A DNA stretch of 60,591 bases. It comes from a virus. The notes under the pieces were generated by a model. It was not told where the DNA came from. It made no database searches and was given only the letters and a program-made list of their open reading frames with translations. Where the stretch lies: IMG/VR virus record IMGVR_UViG_3300037511_000274, one strand, 5' to 3'. The position numbers and the translations under genes are program-made. Below are positions 8,328-16,245 of the stretch, piece after piece (positions within the stretch are counted from its first letter, which is position 1; every line of letters begins with the position of its first letter).

Positions 8328-8332
8328 GGCAA
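8303..8332 (-). promoter_or_regulatory. promoter TTGCCA-N18-TAAGGT on the opposite strand of the same DNA
   Basis: Its -10 overlaps the -35 of the plus promoter, and its -35 overlaps the plus promoter's -10. Confidence 0.55.
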
Positions 8333-8334
8333 GC

Positions 8335-8553
8335 ATGACCAAGGGAGACAGCGCGGCTTGGCTCGTGGCCCGCCGCGCGCTGGACAACCGCGAGACCGTG
8401 GACGAACTGATCAAGGCCATGCAAGCGGTCACCTCGGACGAGGTGGACCTGGCCCACGACACGGCCGCCGCACTGGCCCGTAACGGGCTGGTCCTCGTCC
8501 GGATGGACACCGAGGCAGCCCGCGATTTCTTCAGCAGGGGAGAGGACGTATGA
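8335..8553 (+). CDS. hypothetical protein, 72 aa
   Basis: ATG 8335 immediately after the promoter. High GC3. Confidence 0.65.
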   Translation: MTKGDSAAWLVARRALDNRETVDELIKAMQAVTSDEVDLAHDTAAALARNGLVLVRMDTEAARDFFSRGEDV

Positions 8554-8918
8554 GCCCGCGAGCAACCGTGCTCACCGACAAGAGCACCCGCACCATCGAA
8601 CTGGCCCTGGAGGGCATGCCGACCCTCAACGTGACCGAGGAGTGGCACCTCCAGCCCCGGCTCATCGCGCCGGACAAGGCGCGCATCGTCGTGACCGACG
8701 GGGAGGCCCGCTCGATCTACGTCTCCGGCTACACGATCAAGAAGTCCGGCCAGCCCAGCGAGCACGTCCGGGCGGACCGCACCTACCGCCCCAAGGCGTA
8801 CCGCGAGACCGAGCGGCTGGCCACGGCACCGGGCTGGGTCCAGGAGCTGTTCAGCCAGGCCCCGAACGGCATCACCAAGTTCTCGTGGGAGACGACCAAG
8901 GAGGCCCAGGTCCTGTGA
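8550..8918 (+). CDS. hypothetical protein, 122 aa
   Basis: ATGA overlap with the upstream gene. Ordinary composition. Confidence 0.75.
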   Translation: MSPRATVLTDKSTRTIELALEGMPTLNVTEEWHLQPRLIAPDKARIVVTDGEARSIYVSGYTIKKSGQPSEHVRADRTYRPKAYRETERLATAPGWVQELFSQAPNGITKFSWETTKEAQVL

Positions 8919-9001
8919 TCGACATCGGGTATCACCTGGAGTTCGCCATCATCGTGGTGGCCATTGCCGCCGCCGTCGCCTACGTCAAGGGCCGCCGTTG
9001 A
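8915..9001 (+). CDS. 28-aa hydrophobic peptide
   Basis: GTGA overlap start. Contains FAIIVVAIAAAVAYV. Confidence 0.35.
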   Translation: MIDIGYHLEFAIIVVAIAAAVAYVKGRR

Positions 9002-9123
9002 GGGACTGGCTCTACTGGCGGGTAGCCCGGCCACTGATGTGGCACGTTGCGGGCTGGACCACCCGGCGCCGGTCCGGTAACATTGAAGTCAGGACGGGGA
9101 AGTTCCCCGGGGAGGAGGGCACG

Positions 9124-9306
9124 ATGGCCAAGAGCACGGGCGGGAGCAGCGGCTCCCACGCCAACGACGGGACGGGCCGCCACGGCAACGCCGGGCGCGG
9201 CTCGGGTCACGCCGGGGGCGGGTCCGGCGGCAACACCGGGCCGGGCAACAGCGGGACCGGCGGGGGCCGCGCGGACGGCAACAGCGGTCAGGGCGGCAAG
9301 AACTGA
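9124..9306 (+). CDS. glycine-rich 60-aa protein
   Basis: ATG 5 nt after GGGGAGGAGGG. A TTG at 8998 is a possible longer start. Confidence 0.5.
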   Translation: MAKSTGGSSGSHANDGTGRHGNAGRGSGHAGGGSGGNTGPGNSGTGGGRADGNSGQGGKN

Positions 9307-9483
9307 TGTCCGGCCCGTTCCCCAACCGGTCGTTCCGGTGGTGGGCGGGCCGGGCAATTCTCCGGCTCCGGCCGGAGGATGGGTTCGGCTCCCAGGACGA
9401 TCGCAACGGACGGCGCCACGGGCGCCTCGTCGCGGTTGCCGGTGCGCCCCGAGGTGGCCGCCGGGCGCACGGCCTCCACCGGG

Positions 9484-9512
9484 TTGACACTTCACAGTCA
9501 TGGCGGTAACGT
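9484..9512 (+). promoter_or_regulatory. promoter module TTGACA-N17-TAACGT
   Basis: TTGACACTTCACAGTCATGGCGGTAACGT. Confidence 0.7.
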
Positions 9513-9542
9513 AGAGGGCACAACAGCAGAGAGGGGCACGAG

Positions 9543-9698
9543 ATGCCAGGACGCCACGGCCAGCCGAGCACGGGGGACGGGAAGAAGAAGTCCCGGCCGC
9601 CGATCGGCAAGGCCGAAGTGAGGGTCCAGTCCAGCTCGGGAGCATGGCTCTGGAAGCAGATAGCCGGGCTCTGGGGTGACGGCAAGAAGAAGTCCTGA
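9543..9698 (+). CDS. 51-aa basic protein, below the ORF-track cutoff
   Basis: ATG after AGAGGGG. High GC3. Flanked by promoter 9484 and terminator 9705. Confidence 0.55.
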   Translation: MPGRHGQPSTGDGKKKSRPPIGKAEVRVQSSSGAWLWKQIAGLWGDGKKKS

Positions 9699-9704
9699 CA
9701 CACC

Positions 9705-9738
9705 GAGAGGCCCGGACCGCCGTTGGTCCGGGCCTCTC
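9705..9738. terminator. bidirectional hairpin terminator (14-bp stem)
   Basis: GAGAGGCCCGGACC-GCCGTT-GGTCCGGGCCTCTC between convergent genes. Same stem core as 60441-60468. Confidence 0.75.
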
Positions 9739-9759
9739 GTCATGCAGTTGCGAGCGCGG

Positions 9760-10128
9760 TCAGCGTACCTGGCCGGTGTTCAGCGCCGTGGGCGCCGGGT
9801 CGGCCGCCGGGGTCACCTGGGGCCGGATGCCGAACAGGGCGAACCCGGCCAGCACGATGGCGCCCAGACCGGCAACGGCCGCCTGGCTGATGTTCAGCCC
9901 GTACTCACCGAACAGCGCGGCCCCGGCCGAGACCACGGCCACGAACAGCGCCGGTCCCCACGGCCGCGTGGTCAGCGCGATCAGCAGGCCCGAGATGAAC
10001 GTGATGATGGCCGTGGCCTGGCCCGCGTTCAGCCAGTGCCAGCCGAGCGTTGCCACCCACGAGACCACGGCGCCGATCAACCCGATGATCAGCGCGGGCT
10101 CCTTGCCGAAAATCTTCACCTGTCGCAA
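9760..10128 (-). CDS. holin-like membrane protein, 122 aa
   Basis: TTG start 6 nt after GGGAGGGAGA. Four hydrophobic helices. Located directly after the endolysin. Confidence 0.65.
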   Translation of the reverse strand: MRQVKIFGKEPALIIGLIGAVVSWVATLGWHWLNAGQATAIITFISGLLIALTTRPWGPALFVAVVSAGAALFGEYGLNISQAAVAGLGAIVLAGFALFGIRPQVTPAADPAPTALNTGQVR

Positions 10129-10144
10129 AGGGGGTCTCCCTCCC

Positions 10145-10879
10145 CTAGTGACCCATGGCGCGCCAGGACTGGCCGCCCTTGTCCAGGACACCGTCCGGGT
10201 GATTCCACCCGAAGTGGTTGCCCTGCCACCACTTCACACCGGCCTCGAACTTGGGGCCGGGGATGCCGTCCGCCGGACCCATCCGGCTCGGGCCGATCCA
10301 GCGCTGGACGAACGCCACGTCCGTGCCCGGGGACACGCCACGCTTCAGCGTGCGCGAGCCCGGCGCGTGCACCGGCAGACCGGCGGGGGTCTTCACCGGG
10401 GGCTTGGCCGGGGCGGGCTTGGCGTTGCGCGCCCGGATCCGGTCGGCCTGCTTCTTGACGGCCGCCGCGCCCTGGTTGATCTCGAAGTGCATGGCGTCCG
10501 GCGTGCCGGAGTAGTTGTTCCCCCAGCGGATGGCTCCGCCGTACTCCTTCAGCTTGGCGTTGATCTTGGAGACCTCGGCCGAGCTGAAGCCAGCGTTGCG
10601 CTTGCCCTGGACGTGGTCCTGCCACCGGACATCGGCGGCCGTGCCGCTGGCGTGGTTGCTCAGCTTGGTGGACCCGGCGATGTTCCGGCAGTTGTAGCCG
10701 CCCGTGTCCGCCTGCTTCAGCGGCTCGATCTCCTTGTGGTACCAGCCCAGGAAGTCCAGCAGGACCACCGAGACATCGCCCTTGCGAAGGTTGATCTTCA
10801 CGCTGGAGCCCGGCACGGTGTACTTACCGATCAGGCTGGAGTCACAGGCCACGTACCCGTTCTGGCTGTACTTGGTCAC
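10145..10879 (-). CDS. endolysin: M15 (VanY-like) peptidase plus peptidoglycan-binding domain
   Basis: SNHASGTAADV...PDAMHFE zinc-peptidase motifs. C-terminal VAFVQRWIG...DGIPGPKFEAGVKWWQ resembles PG_binding_1. Confidence 0.9.
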   Translation of the reverse strand: MTKYSQNGYVACDSSLIGKYTVPGSSVKINLRKGDVSVVLLDFLGWYHKEIEPLKQADTGGYNCRNIAGSTKLSNHASGTAADVRWQDHVQGKRNAGFSSAEVSKINAKLKEYGGAIRWGNNYSGTPDAMHFEINQGAAAVKKQADRIRARNAKPAPAKPPVKTPAGLPVHAPGSRTLKRGVSPGTDVAFVQRWIGPSRMGPADGIPGPKFEAGVKWWQGNHFGWNHPDGVLDKGGQSWRAMGH

Positions 10880-11139
10880 GCCTGAGGCCCCTCTCCGTCC
10901 ACGGCCTCGGCGTCGCTGTAGGTGTCGTCCCCCAGCGTCGCCTCCACCTCCTCGGAGTCCTCGCCATCGAAGTCCGGGATCCCGTCGTCGTCCGTCGCGG
11001 CCACGCCGCCCCAGACCCCGCCGTCGTGGTCACCCGGTCCCGGCTCCACCGGCTCGTCCACCGGCTGAGCGGCCAGGTCGGCCGTGGCCGGGTCCAGGTT
11101 CACGGTGCCGCCCGCAGCGGCGCCCTCAGCATCCGTCAT
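10876..11139 (-). CDS. highly acidic protein, 87 aa
   Basis: ATG 11139 after GGAAGGGAGG. About one third Asp/Glu. GTGA overlap into the endolysin. Confidence 0.7.
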   Translation of the reverse strand: MTDAEGAAAGGTVNLDPATADLAAQPVDEPVEPGPGDHDGGVWGGVAATDDDGIPDFDGEDSEEVEATLGDDTYSDAEAVDGEGPQA

Positions 11140-11193
11140 GATGCCTCCCTTCCTCACCTCACAGTAACAGCTTCAAGGGGAGGAGAGGGCCGC

Positions 11194-11385
11194 TCACAGG
11201 CCGCCGCGAGACCGCCGGGTGCGGGCCGCCTTGCGGGCCATCCGCGAGCGCTGGCCGTGCGTGTTGCCCGCGTTGGCGATCTTGGCCGCCACCGTCTTGG
11301 ACTTGCCCTGGCGCCGGAGCGCCCGATAGACCCGCTGACGGTGCTTGTAGACGAACCCGTACTTGCCGCCACGTGATGAGACCAT
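11194..11385 (-). CDS. highly basic protein, 63 aa
   Basis: ATG after GGAGGTGGGGA. Rich in Arg and Lys. Confidence 0.7.
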   Translation of the reverse strand: MVSSRGGKYGFVYKHRQRVYRALRRQGKSKTVAAKIANAGNTHGQRSRMARKAARTRRSRGGL

Positions 11386-11431
11386 CGTCCCCACCTCCGA
11401 GATCAATGGTGTACCCGGCGCCGGGCACAGT

Positions 11432-11465
11432 GAAGCCCCGGGGTGCTCTCGCTCCCCGGGGCTTC
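11432..11465 (-). terminator. hairpin terminator (12-bp stem)
   Basis: GAAGCCCCGGGG-N10-CCCCGGGGCTTC, 7 nt after the stop of 11472-11657. Confidence 0.65.
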
Positions 11466-11471
11466 AGTCCC

Positions 11472-11657
11472 TCAGTACCGCTCGACCCTCAGTGCTTCGC
11501 GCGCCTGGCGCCGGTTGCGCCGGGTGGCCCGGGTCTTGATCCCCCGGACCTCGCCCCGGCGCCACTTCAGCGCCCGCCGTGCCTTCTGGCTGAAGGCGTC
11601 CACCTCGTCCCCGTCCTTCGCTGCGGTCCGGACGGCCAGGTCATCGATGCTCATCAT
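11472..11657 (-). CDS. basic 61-aa protein
   Basis: First ORF after promoter 11705-11733. High GC3. Confidence 0.7.
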   Translation of the reverse strand: MMSIDDLAVRTAAKDGDEVDAFSQKARRALKWRRGEVRGIKTRATRRNRRQAREALRVERY

Positions 11658-11704
11658 GGCTGGTGGGCCTCTCTGTGGAGTTGTTCTCGCTTGCTCTGAG
11701 AACT

Positions 11705-11733
11705 ACCTTACAGCCATGACGTTTAAGTGTCAA
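11705..11733 (-). promoter_or_regulatory. promoter module TTGACA-N17-TAAGGT
   Basis: Reverse complement reads TTGACACTTAAACGTCATGGCTGTAAGGT followed by AGTTCT. Confidence 0.7.
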
Positions 11734-12203
11734 GCCCCGATCTTGCCGCCATCGTTGTGCGTGGCGATGGTCAGGCCGCGCGCCTCCAGCCGGTCGGTGA
11801 TGGCGCGCGCCCGCCGGTACAGCGGGCCGTCCTCGCGCTGGGTCTCGTGGAGCACTTCCTGGAGCGCGGTCTGGCCGCTCTGGTAGTCCACCGTCACCAG
11901 CGTGTCGGCGCCGATCATCCGCATGAACCAGTCGGCCGCCGTGCCCACGCCCGAGCCACCGGCGCCGCGCGGCCCGGTGTACTTCTCGCCCACGTAGGCC
12001 ACCAGCGCCCGGTCCAGGCTCTCGTAGAACTCGCCCATCTTGGGCAGGCCCCGATGGTCCAGGTTGTTGGCCGGGCTCCCGTCCGCCTCGTGCTGCTCGA
12101 TCCCGTACGCGTACATCGGGCGGCCCTCGTAGGAGGTGAACCCGTGGTCCTCCACCTCGTAGAACACCACGCCCGGCAGTGCCCACCGGTTGCTGACCCT
12201 CAT
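11730..12203 (-). CDS. hypothetical protein, 157 aa
   Basis: High GC3. Stop codon lies inside the -35 of promoter 11705-11733. Confidence 0.8.
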   Translation of the reverse strand: MRVSNRWALPGVVFYEVEDHGFTSYEGRPMYAYGIEQHEADGSPANNLDHRGLPKMGEFYESLDRALVAYVGEKYTGPRGAGGSGVGTAADWFMRMIGADTLVTVDYQSGQTALQEVLHETQREDGPLYRRARAITDRLEARGLTIATHNDGGKIGA

Positions 12204-12799
12204 CGCTCCAGCTCCTTGTCCTCGGGCCGCTCGGCCGGGGCCGGGAACTCCGGCACCCCGACCCGGCGCGCCGCGTCATTGACCATGCTGCGGAAGTCGG
12301 CCGGAGCCCACAGCCGCCAGCACTCCTCGCCCCGGTTCTCGCCCCGGTGCGGGCTCGCCTGGTGGTTGGCCTGCTGGCCCTCGATCCAGCCGTCCAGCTC
12401 CTCCAGCAGCACGCGGAGCGCCCGCTGGGCGCCACGCTGGCCCGCTACCCCGAGCTGGCCGCCCTTGTCCACCACCGGCTCGGCCACCGGCTTGGCCGCC
12501 GCCCGAGCCGCCGCCTTCTCCTGGTACGCCTTCTCGGCGTCGGCCGCCGCGTCCACCAGGCTGTCCAGCTTCAGGTTGAACAGCAGGGTCTGAAGGCTGT
12601 GGACGATCTGACCGGCCGCCCGGGGGTAGCCCTGCCAGTCGTAGTCACGGTCCGCTTTCGCGGCACTCGCCAGGTTGTGCCGGGCCTCGCGCTCGATGTC
12701 ATCGGCCACCTTCCGGAGGTCATCTACCACACCGGCCGCCACCCGCTCCAGGCGGGCTCGGGCCGCCGCTTCCCAGTCGCGCTCGTTCTGCTCTGCCAT
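12200..12799 (-). CDS. hypothetical protein, 199 aa
   Basis: RBS GGGGAGAGAG. Predicted helical. 4-nt overlap with the next gene. Confidence 0.8.
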   Translation of the reverse strand: MAEQNERDWEAAARARLERVAAGVVDDLRKVADDIEREARHNLASAAKADRDYDWQGYPRAAGQIVHSLQTLLFNLKLDSLVDAAADAEKAYQEKAAARAAAKPVAEPVVDKGGQLGVAGQRGAQRALRVLLEELDGWIEGQQANHQASPHRGENRGEECWRLWAPADFRSMVNDAARRVGVPEFPAPAERPEDKELER

Positions 12800-12815
12800 T
12801 GCTCTCTCCCCGTCC

Positions 12816-12837
12816 GGGGGCCGGTCGCCCGGCCCCC
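12816..12837 (-). terminator. hairpin GGGGGCCGG-TCGC-CCGGCCCCC (attenuator or terminator)
   Basis: 9-bp GC stem between the 40-aa ORF and 12200-12799. Confidence 0.4.
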
Positions 12838-12844
12838 TCCTCGG

Positions 12845-12967
12845 TTACTTCTTCGGCTTCTTGGGCTTCTTGGTCCCCGTCACGGCCAGCTCGATCAGCT
12901 TGGCCACGAGGCCCTTCTTTTTCGGCTGGGGTCCGTTCCCCCAGGAGTACGGTCCGTTTGTTGCCAT
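12845..12967 (-). CDS. 40-aa Lys-rich peptide, apparently leaderless
   Basis: ATG 6 nt after the -10 of promoter 12974-13002. Sequence MATNGPYSWGNGPQPKKKGLVAKLIELAVTGTKKPKKPKK. Confidence 0.45.
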   Translation of the reverse strand: MATNGPYSWGNGPQPKKKGLVAKLIELAVTGTKKPKKPKK

Positions 12968-12973
12968 GTGAAT

Positions 12974-13002
12974 ACCTTACCGTGATGCCTGCAAAGTGTC
13001 AA
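12974..13002 (-). promoter_or_regulatory. promoter module TTGACA-N17-TAAGGT (spacer flavour CTTTGCAGGCATCACGG)
   Basis: Reverse complement reads TTGACACTTTGCAGGCATCACGGTAAGGT. Confidence 0.7.
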
Positions 13003-13118
13003 CGCCCTTCACCCGTCGTTCTTGTAGGTCGGTCCGCACCCGGAAACCCCCGGTGACGTGCGTCACACTTTGCCCGGAACCCCGGACAGATCGGGGAGGT
13101 GCGACGTTAAGGGGCCAG

Positions 13119-14591
13119 CTACCGCTTGACCAGCCCGAGCTTGGTCGTCGGCATGGTGCCCTGGGGAGCGGCAAAGTTCGTCGCCTGGATCCGGTCGGCC
13201 CAGAACGACATAGCCACCGCGTCGCCCCGGTCCGGCGACCGGCCGAGCTTGGCCACCACGTCCTCCTTCTTCTCCACCTGGATCTTGGGTGGCACGCCGG
13301 TGGTCACCTGCCAATGTGGCGTGGTCAGGTCGGAGGTCAGCAGGTCGTCCGGGGGGAGCATCAGCGTCGGCTCGAATGCCGGGTCCAGCAGCTCCCGGAG
13401 GTTCCAGTAGGCCGCGCTCCGGACGTTGGCGAACCCGAGCTTGCGCGAGCGCTCGCGTACCTGGGTCTTGCCCGAGCCCACGTACGCGATGGCCTTCAGG
13501 CCCACCTCGCGCGCCCGGTCGTAGACACCGGCGCCCACGCCGATCACGTCGATGATGGGCCGCTCGTCCAGGCCCTGGAGCATCGCCACCGTGTTCATGG
13601 TGTCGCGCGAGCGCCAGCCGTCCAGCCAGAGCGCCGGTCCATCCCGGTGCGCCAGGACCGACTCGTCCCCGCCCCGGCCCACGTCCACGCCCACCCAGAG
13701 TGGGCCGCCCTGGGCCGGGCGTCCCGCCCGGTCCCACTCATACCAGCGCTCGTTAGCCGCCTCCAGCCACGCCAGCGGGATCACGCTGTCCTCGTCGCTG
13801 GCGTGGAACTCGCCCAGCACGCGGTTGTGGTAGACCGCCGAGTCCCGGCCCCACTGGAGCGCCCGCTGTTCGGCCCAGGCGCGCGAGATCCGGCCGCCCG
13901 CCACGGCCTCCTCCAGCGTCACGCTCTTGGTCCACCAGTCCTCGTACCCGGGCGCCCGCCGGTGGATGTCGTAGAACCGGCCAGCCGGGGCGCCCGGCGT
14001 GCTCATGGCGAACGCGTACGCGTTGTCCGCCGTGTCGGGGCCAGCGTTGGAGAACGCGCCCTCGATCGAGTCCCACGTGGCCGGGGGCACGATCTTGGCC
14101 TCATCCAGCAGGTACAGCAGCTCCTCGGCGTGCGCGCCCTCGATCCGCTCGGGCTGGTTGCTGGCCACCGCCGTGGCCGCGCCGTAACGCAGCTTCAGCC
14201 TCAGGTCCAGCAGCTCGGTCCGCCGGTTGTACGGCGCCCTCCCCAGGCTGGTGAAGTCGATCCGGTCGGCCCACTTGTGGATCTCGGGCCAGAGGTAGAC
14301 CTCCAGGTGGCGCCACGCGCTGGCCGTGGTGATGATCTTCCAGTCCTTGCCCATCATGTCCCGGGTGGTGGCGAACCAGTTCACCAGCAGCGCGCCCGAG
14401 AACGACTTGCCCAGGCCGTGCGGCCCCTTCACGGCCACGCGCCGGTGCACGGGGAGGGCGTCCAGGATCTCGGACTGGTAGCCCGCCAGCCGGACGTTGA
14501 GCACGTCGTGAGCCCAGGCCGTGGGCGAGTCCCGCCAGCGCGCGATCCGCGTCCGCGCGAGCACCTTGCCCGCCAGGTCGATACCGGTCAC
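13119..14591 (-). CDS. terL: terminase large subunit
   Basis: Walker A VKGPHGLGKS. About 490 aa. GTG 14591 chosen because GC3 collapses upstream and a GTGA overlap links it to the 59-aa ORF. Confidence 0.85.
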   Translation of the reverse strand: MTGIDLAGKVLARTRIARWRDSPTAWAHDVLNVRLAGYQSEILDALPVHRRVAVKGPHGLGKSFSGALLVNWFATTRDMMGKDWKIITTASAWRHLEVYLWPEIHKWADRIDFTSLGRAPYNRRTELLDLRLKLRYGAATAVASNQPERIEGAHAEELLYLLDEAKIVPPATWDSIEGAFSNAGPDTADNAYAFAMSTPGAPAGRFYDIHRRAPGYEDWWTKSVTLEEAVAGGRISRAWAEQRALQWGRDSAVYHNRVLGEFHASDEDSVIPLAWLEAANERWYEWDRAGRPAQGGPLWVGVDVGRGGDESVLAHRDGPALWLDGWRSRDTMNTVAMLQGLDERPIIDVIGVGAGVYDRAREVGLKAIAYVGSGKTQVRERSRKLGFANVRSAAYWNLRELLDPAFEPTLMLPPDDLLTSDLTTPHWQVTTGVPPKIQVEKKEDVVAKLGRSPDRGDAVAMSFWADRIQATNFAAPQGTMPTTKLGLVKR

Positions 14592-14767
14592 GTCTCCCCC
14601 AGCCTCATCATCCGGCGGAACTCCGCCAGCCGTTCGTTGACCACCCGGCGCCGCTCGCGCGAATCGGCCGCCTTGGGGCTCAGGCCCGGCCGCCAGTGCT
14701 CGCACCCATCGTCCGCCGGGACCAGCTCGTCACAGGCTCCGCACGGCCGCCACGCCCGGAACATCAT
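14588..14767 (-). CDS. 59-aa zinc-ribbon-like protein, below the ORF-track cutoff
   Basis: ATGA overlap with the upstream gene and GTGA overlap with terL. Contains CGACDELVPADDGCEHW. High GC3. Confidence 0.55.
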   Translation of the reverse strand: MMFRAWRPCGACDELVPADDGCEHWRPGLSPKAADSRERRRVVNERLAEFRRMMRLGET

Positions 14768-15489
14768 GGCGAGGGGACTGCCTCGATCTGGTCCAGGTCG
14801 ATCGAGCCCAGGTGCTGGGTCAGCAGCGCCGGAACCTTCACGGCCTGCTCGGGGGAGAGGTCCAGGGCGTCCAGCAGCAGCACCACGCGCCCGGCCACCA
14901 CGTCGCCCCAGCGCTCGGCCAGCGAGGTGATCCGCTCGGAGATGCCCATGTCGTGGGCCACCTTGGCGTACTTCACCACCCGGTCGCGCTCGGCCGCCTC
15001 CAGGTTGACCAGCGCGCGGACCTCCTCGGACTGGACGTAGATCACGCCGTCCTTGCCCGCCGCGCCGTACCGGTAGCCGATCAGGCCCGAGCCGTCCGGC
15101 GACCGGCCGCCCTCCTCGATCCCCTCGGCCGTGTCGCCCTCGGTGGCCACCTGCTGGCGGAGGAGTTCGGCGTACATGCCCGCCCGGAGGTAGGTCATCT
15201 GGAGCATGGCCAGCACGGTCATCCCGGCGTCCAGCTTGGTGGGCTCACCGTGCGGGTTCCACGCCGTGATCTTGGCGATCTCCACGCGCGTCTCGCCCTG
15301 GGCGTGCGCCACGTCCCGGCGTAGGCCCGAGTGCATGTCGCATGCGTCGGTGCCGCGAATCGCGCGCTTGTGGCACGGCCCCCGGCCCTTGGTCCGGTTC
15401 TTGGTGCACTCCAGCGTGGCGTGTTCGTCGCACCACCGGGCACCACCCGGGTTGTTGTTCTTGCCCAGGGGCTCTACCGGTTTCGACAT
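14764..15489 (-). CDS. hypothetical protein with N-terminal Cys/His cluster (possible small terminase)
   Basis: 241 aa. Position upstream of terL. ATG 6 nt after TACAGT, suggesting a leaderless transcript. Confidence 0.75.
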   Translation of the reverse strand: MSKPVEPLGKNNNPGGARWCDEHATLECTKNRTKGRGPCHKRAIRGTDACDMHSGLRRDVAHAQGETRVEIAKITAWNPHGEPTKLDAGMTVLAMLQMTYLRAGMYAELLRQQVATEGDTAEGIEEGGRSPDGSGLIGYRYGAAGKDGVIYVQSEEVRALVNLEAAERDRVVKYAKVAHDMGISERITSLAERWGDVVAGRVVLLLDALDLSPEQAVKVPALLTQHLGSIDLDQIEAVPSP

Positions 15490-15552
15490 GCTGTCACTGT
15501 AGCCGGAGACCGGGGGGCATTCACATCCTCCCCGCCATGCCTGGAAAGCACG

Positions 15553-15585
15553 GAGCCCGCCCGGACGGGGAGGTCGGGCGGGCTC
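15553..15585 (-). terminator. hairpin terminator (11-bp stem)
   Basis: GAGCCCGCCCG-N11-CGGGCGGGCTC, 16 nt after the metalloprotease stop. Confidence 0.65.
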
Positions 15586-15600
15586 ACGCTCAGCGCCACG

Positions 15601-16218
15601 CTACCGCGCGGCGAGGTACCGGCGCTGACCGGTCGTCAGCCAGAGGCGAATCTGGCTCATCTTGGGCCGCATGAGGTTGCGGCCCGAGCTGGAGTGCGCG
15701 TAGCCGAACGTGTGGAACAGCTCGTGGGCCAGGATCTTCTCCCGGCTCAGGTTGGACCGGTAGCCGTTGCGGTCCACCTTGACCGTGTCGATCGTGATCC
15801 GGTTGCCCTCGGTCACGCCCAGGTAGTTGCGTGGCAACTTGCCACCTCGCAAGGTGACACAGCGCCAGGCCCGGCCCGAGCACTTGCTGACCAGCCGCAT
15901 GTCCGAGGCCGTGTACCGGTCCAGCCAGTTCATCGCCTGGCGCACGTTCCACTTGGCCGGGCCGATCCGGTCCACCACCTCGATCACCCGCTTACGCACC
16001 GGCGTGGTGGTCGGCTTGGGCCAGGTGAAGGTCACGGCCGCCGTGGTGGTCACCGGCGCCTCGGCCAGCGCCTTGGGGCTCTGGCCGTACGGCCAGGACC
16101 ACGCGGGCGCCGGGGTGTAGGTCGGGACCGGCTTGGGGTTCTCACCGGGCAGGGGGCAACCGGCCAGCAGCAGGGCCGCCGCAATGAGTGCCGTCACCAC
16201 TCCGAGCGTGCGTCGCAT
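15601..16218 (-). CDS. lipoprotein zinc metalloprotease (HExxH, snapalysin/M7-like)
   Basis: Signal peptide with lipobox LLLAGC. HELFHTFGYAH motif. RBS AAGGAGGAGAG. Confidence 0.8.
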   Translation of the reverse strand: MRRTLGVVTALIAAALLLAGCPLPGENPKPVPTYTPAPAWSWPYGQSPKALAEAPVTTTAAVTFTWPKPTTTPVRKRVIEVVDRIGPAKWNVRQAMNWLDRYTASDMRLVSKCSGRAWRCVTLRGGKLPRNYLGVTEGNRITIDTVKVDRNGYRSNLSREKILAHELFHTFGYAHSSSGRNLMRPKMSQIRLWLTTGQRRYLAAR

Positions 16219-16227
16219 CTCTCCTCC

Positions 16228-16245
16228 TTGACAGTTAATCGTCAG
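16228..16245. promoter_or_regulatory. dyad site TTGACAGTTAATCGTCAG abutting the metalloprotease RBS
   Basis: AT-rich 18-mer in the 23-nt intergenic gap. Confidence 0.45.

Noticed and set aside
9306-9509. 67-aa plus-strand ORF filling the gap before promoter 9484 (TGATG junction with the Gly-rich gene).
   Set aside because: Its Arg/Trp/Gly-rich composition looks like an off-frame artefact, GC3 is only moderate, and it ends inside the promoter. Left unannotated, but the 177-nt gap remains unexplained.
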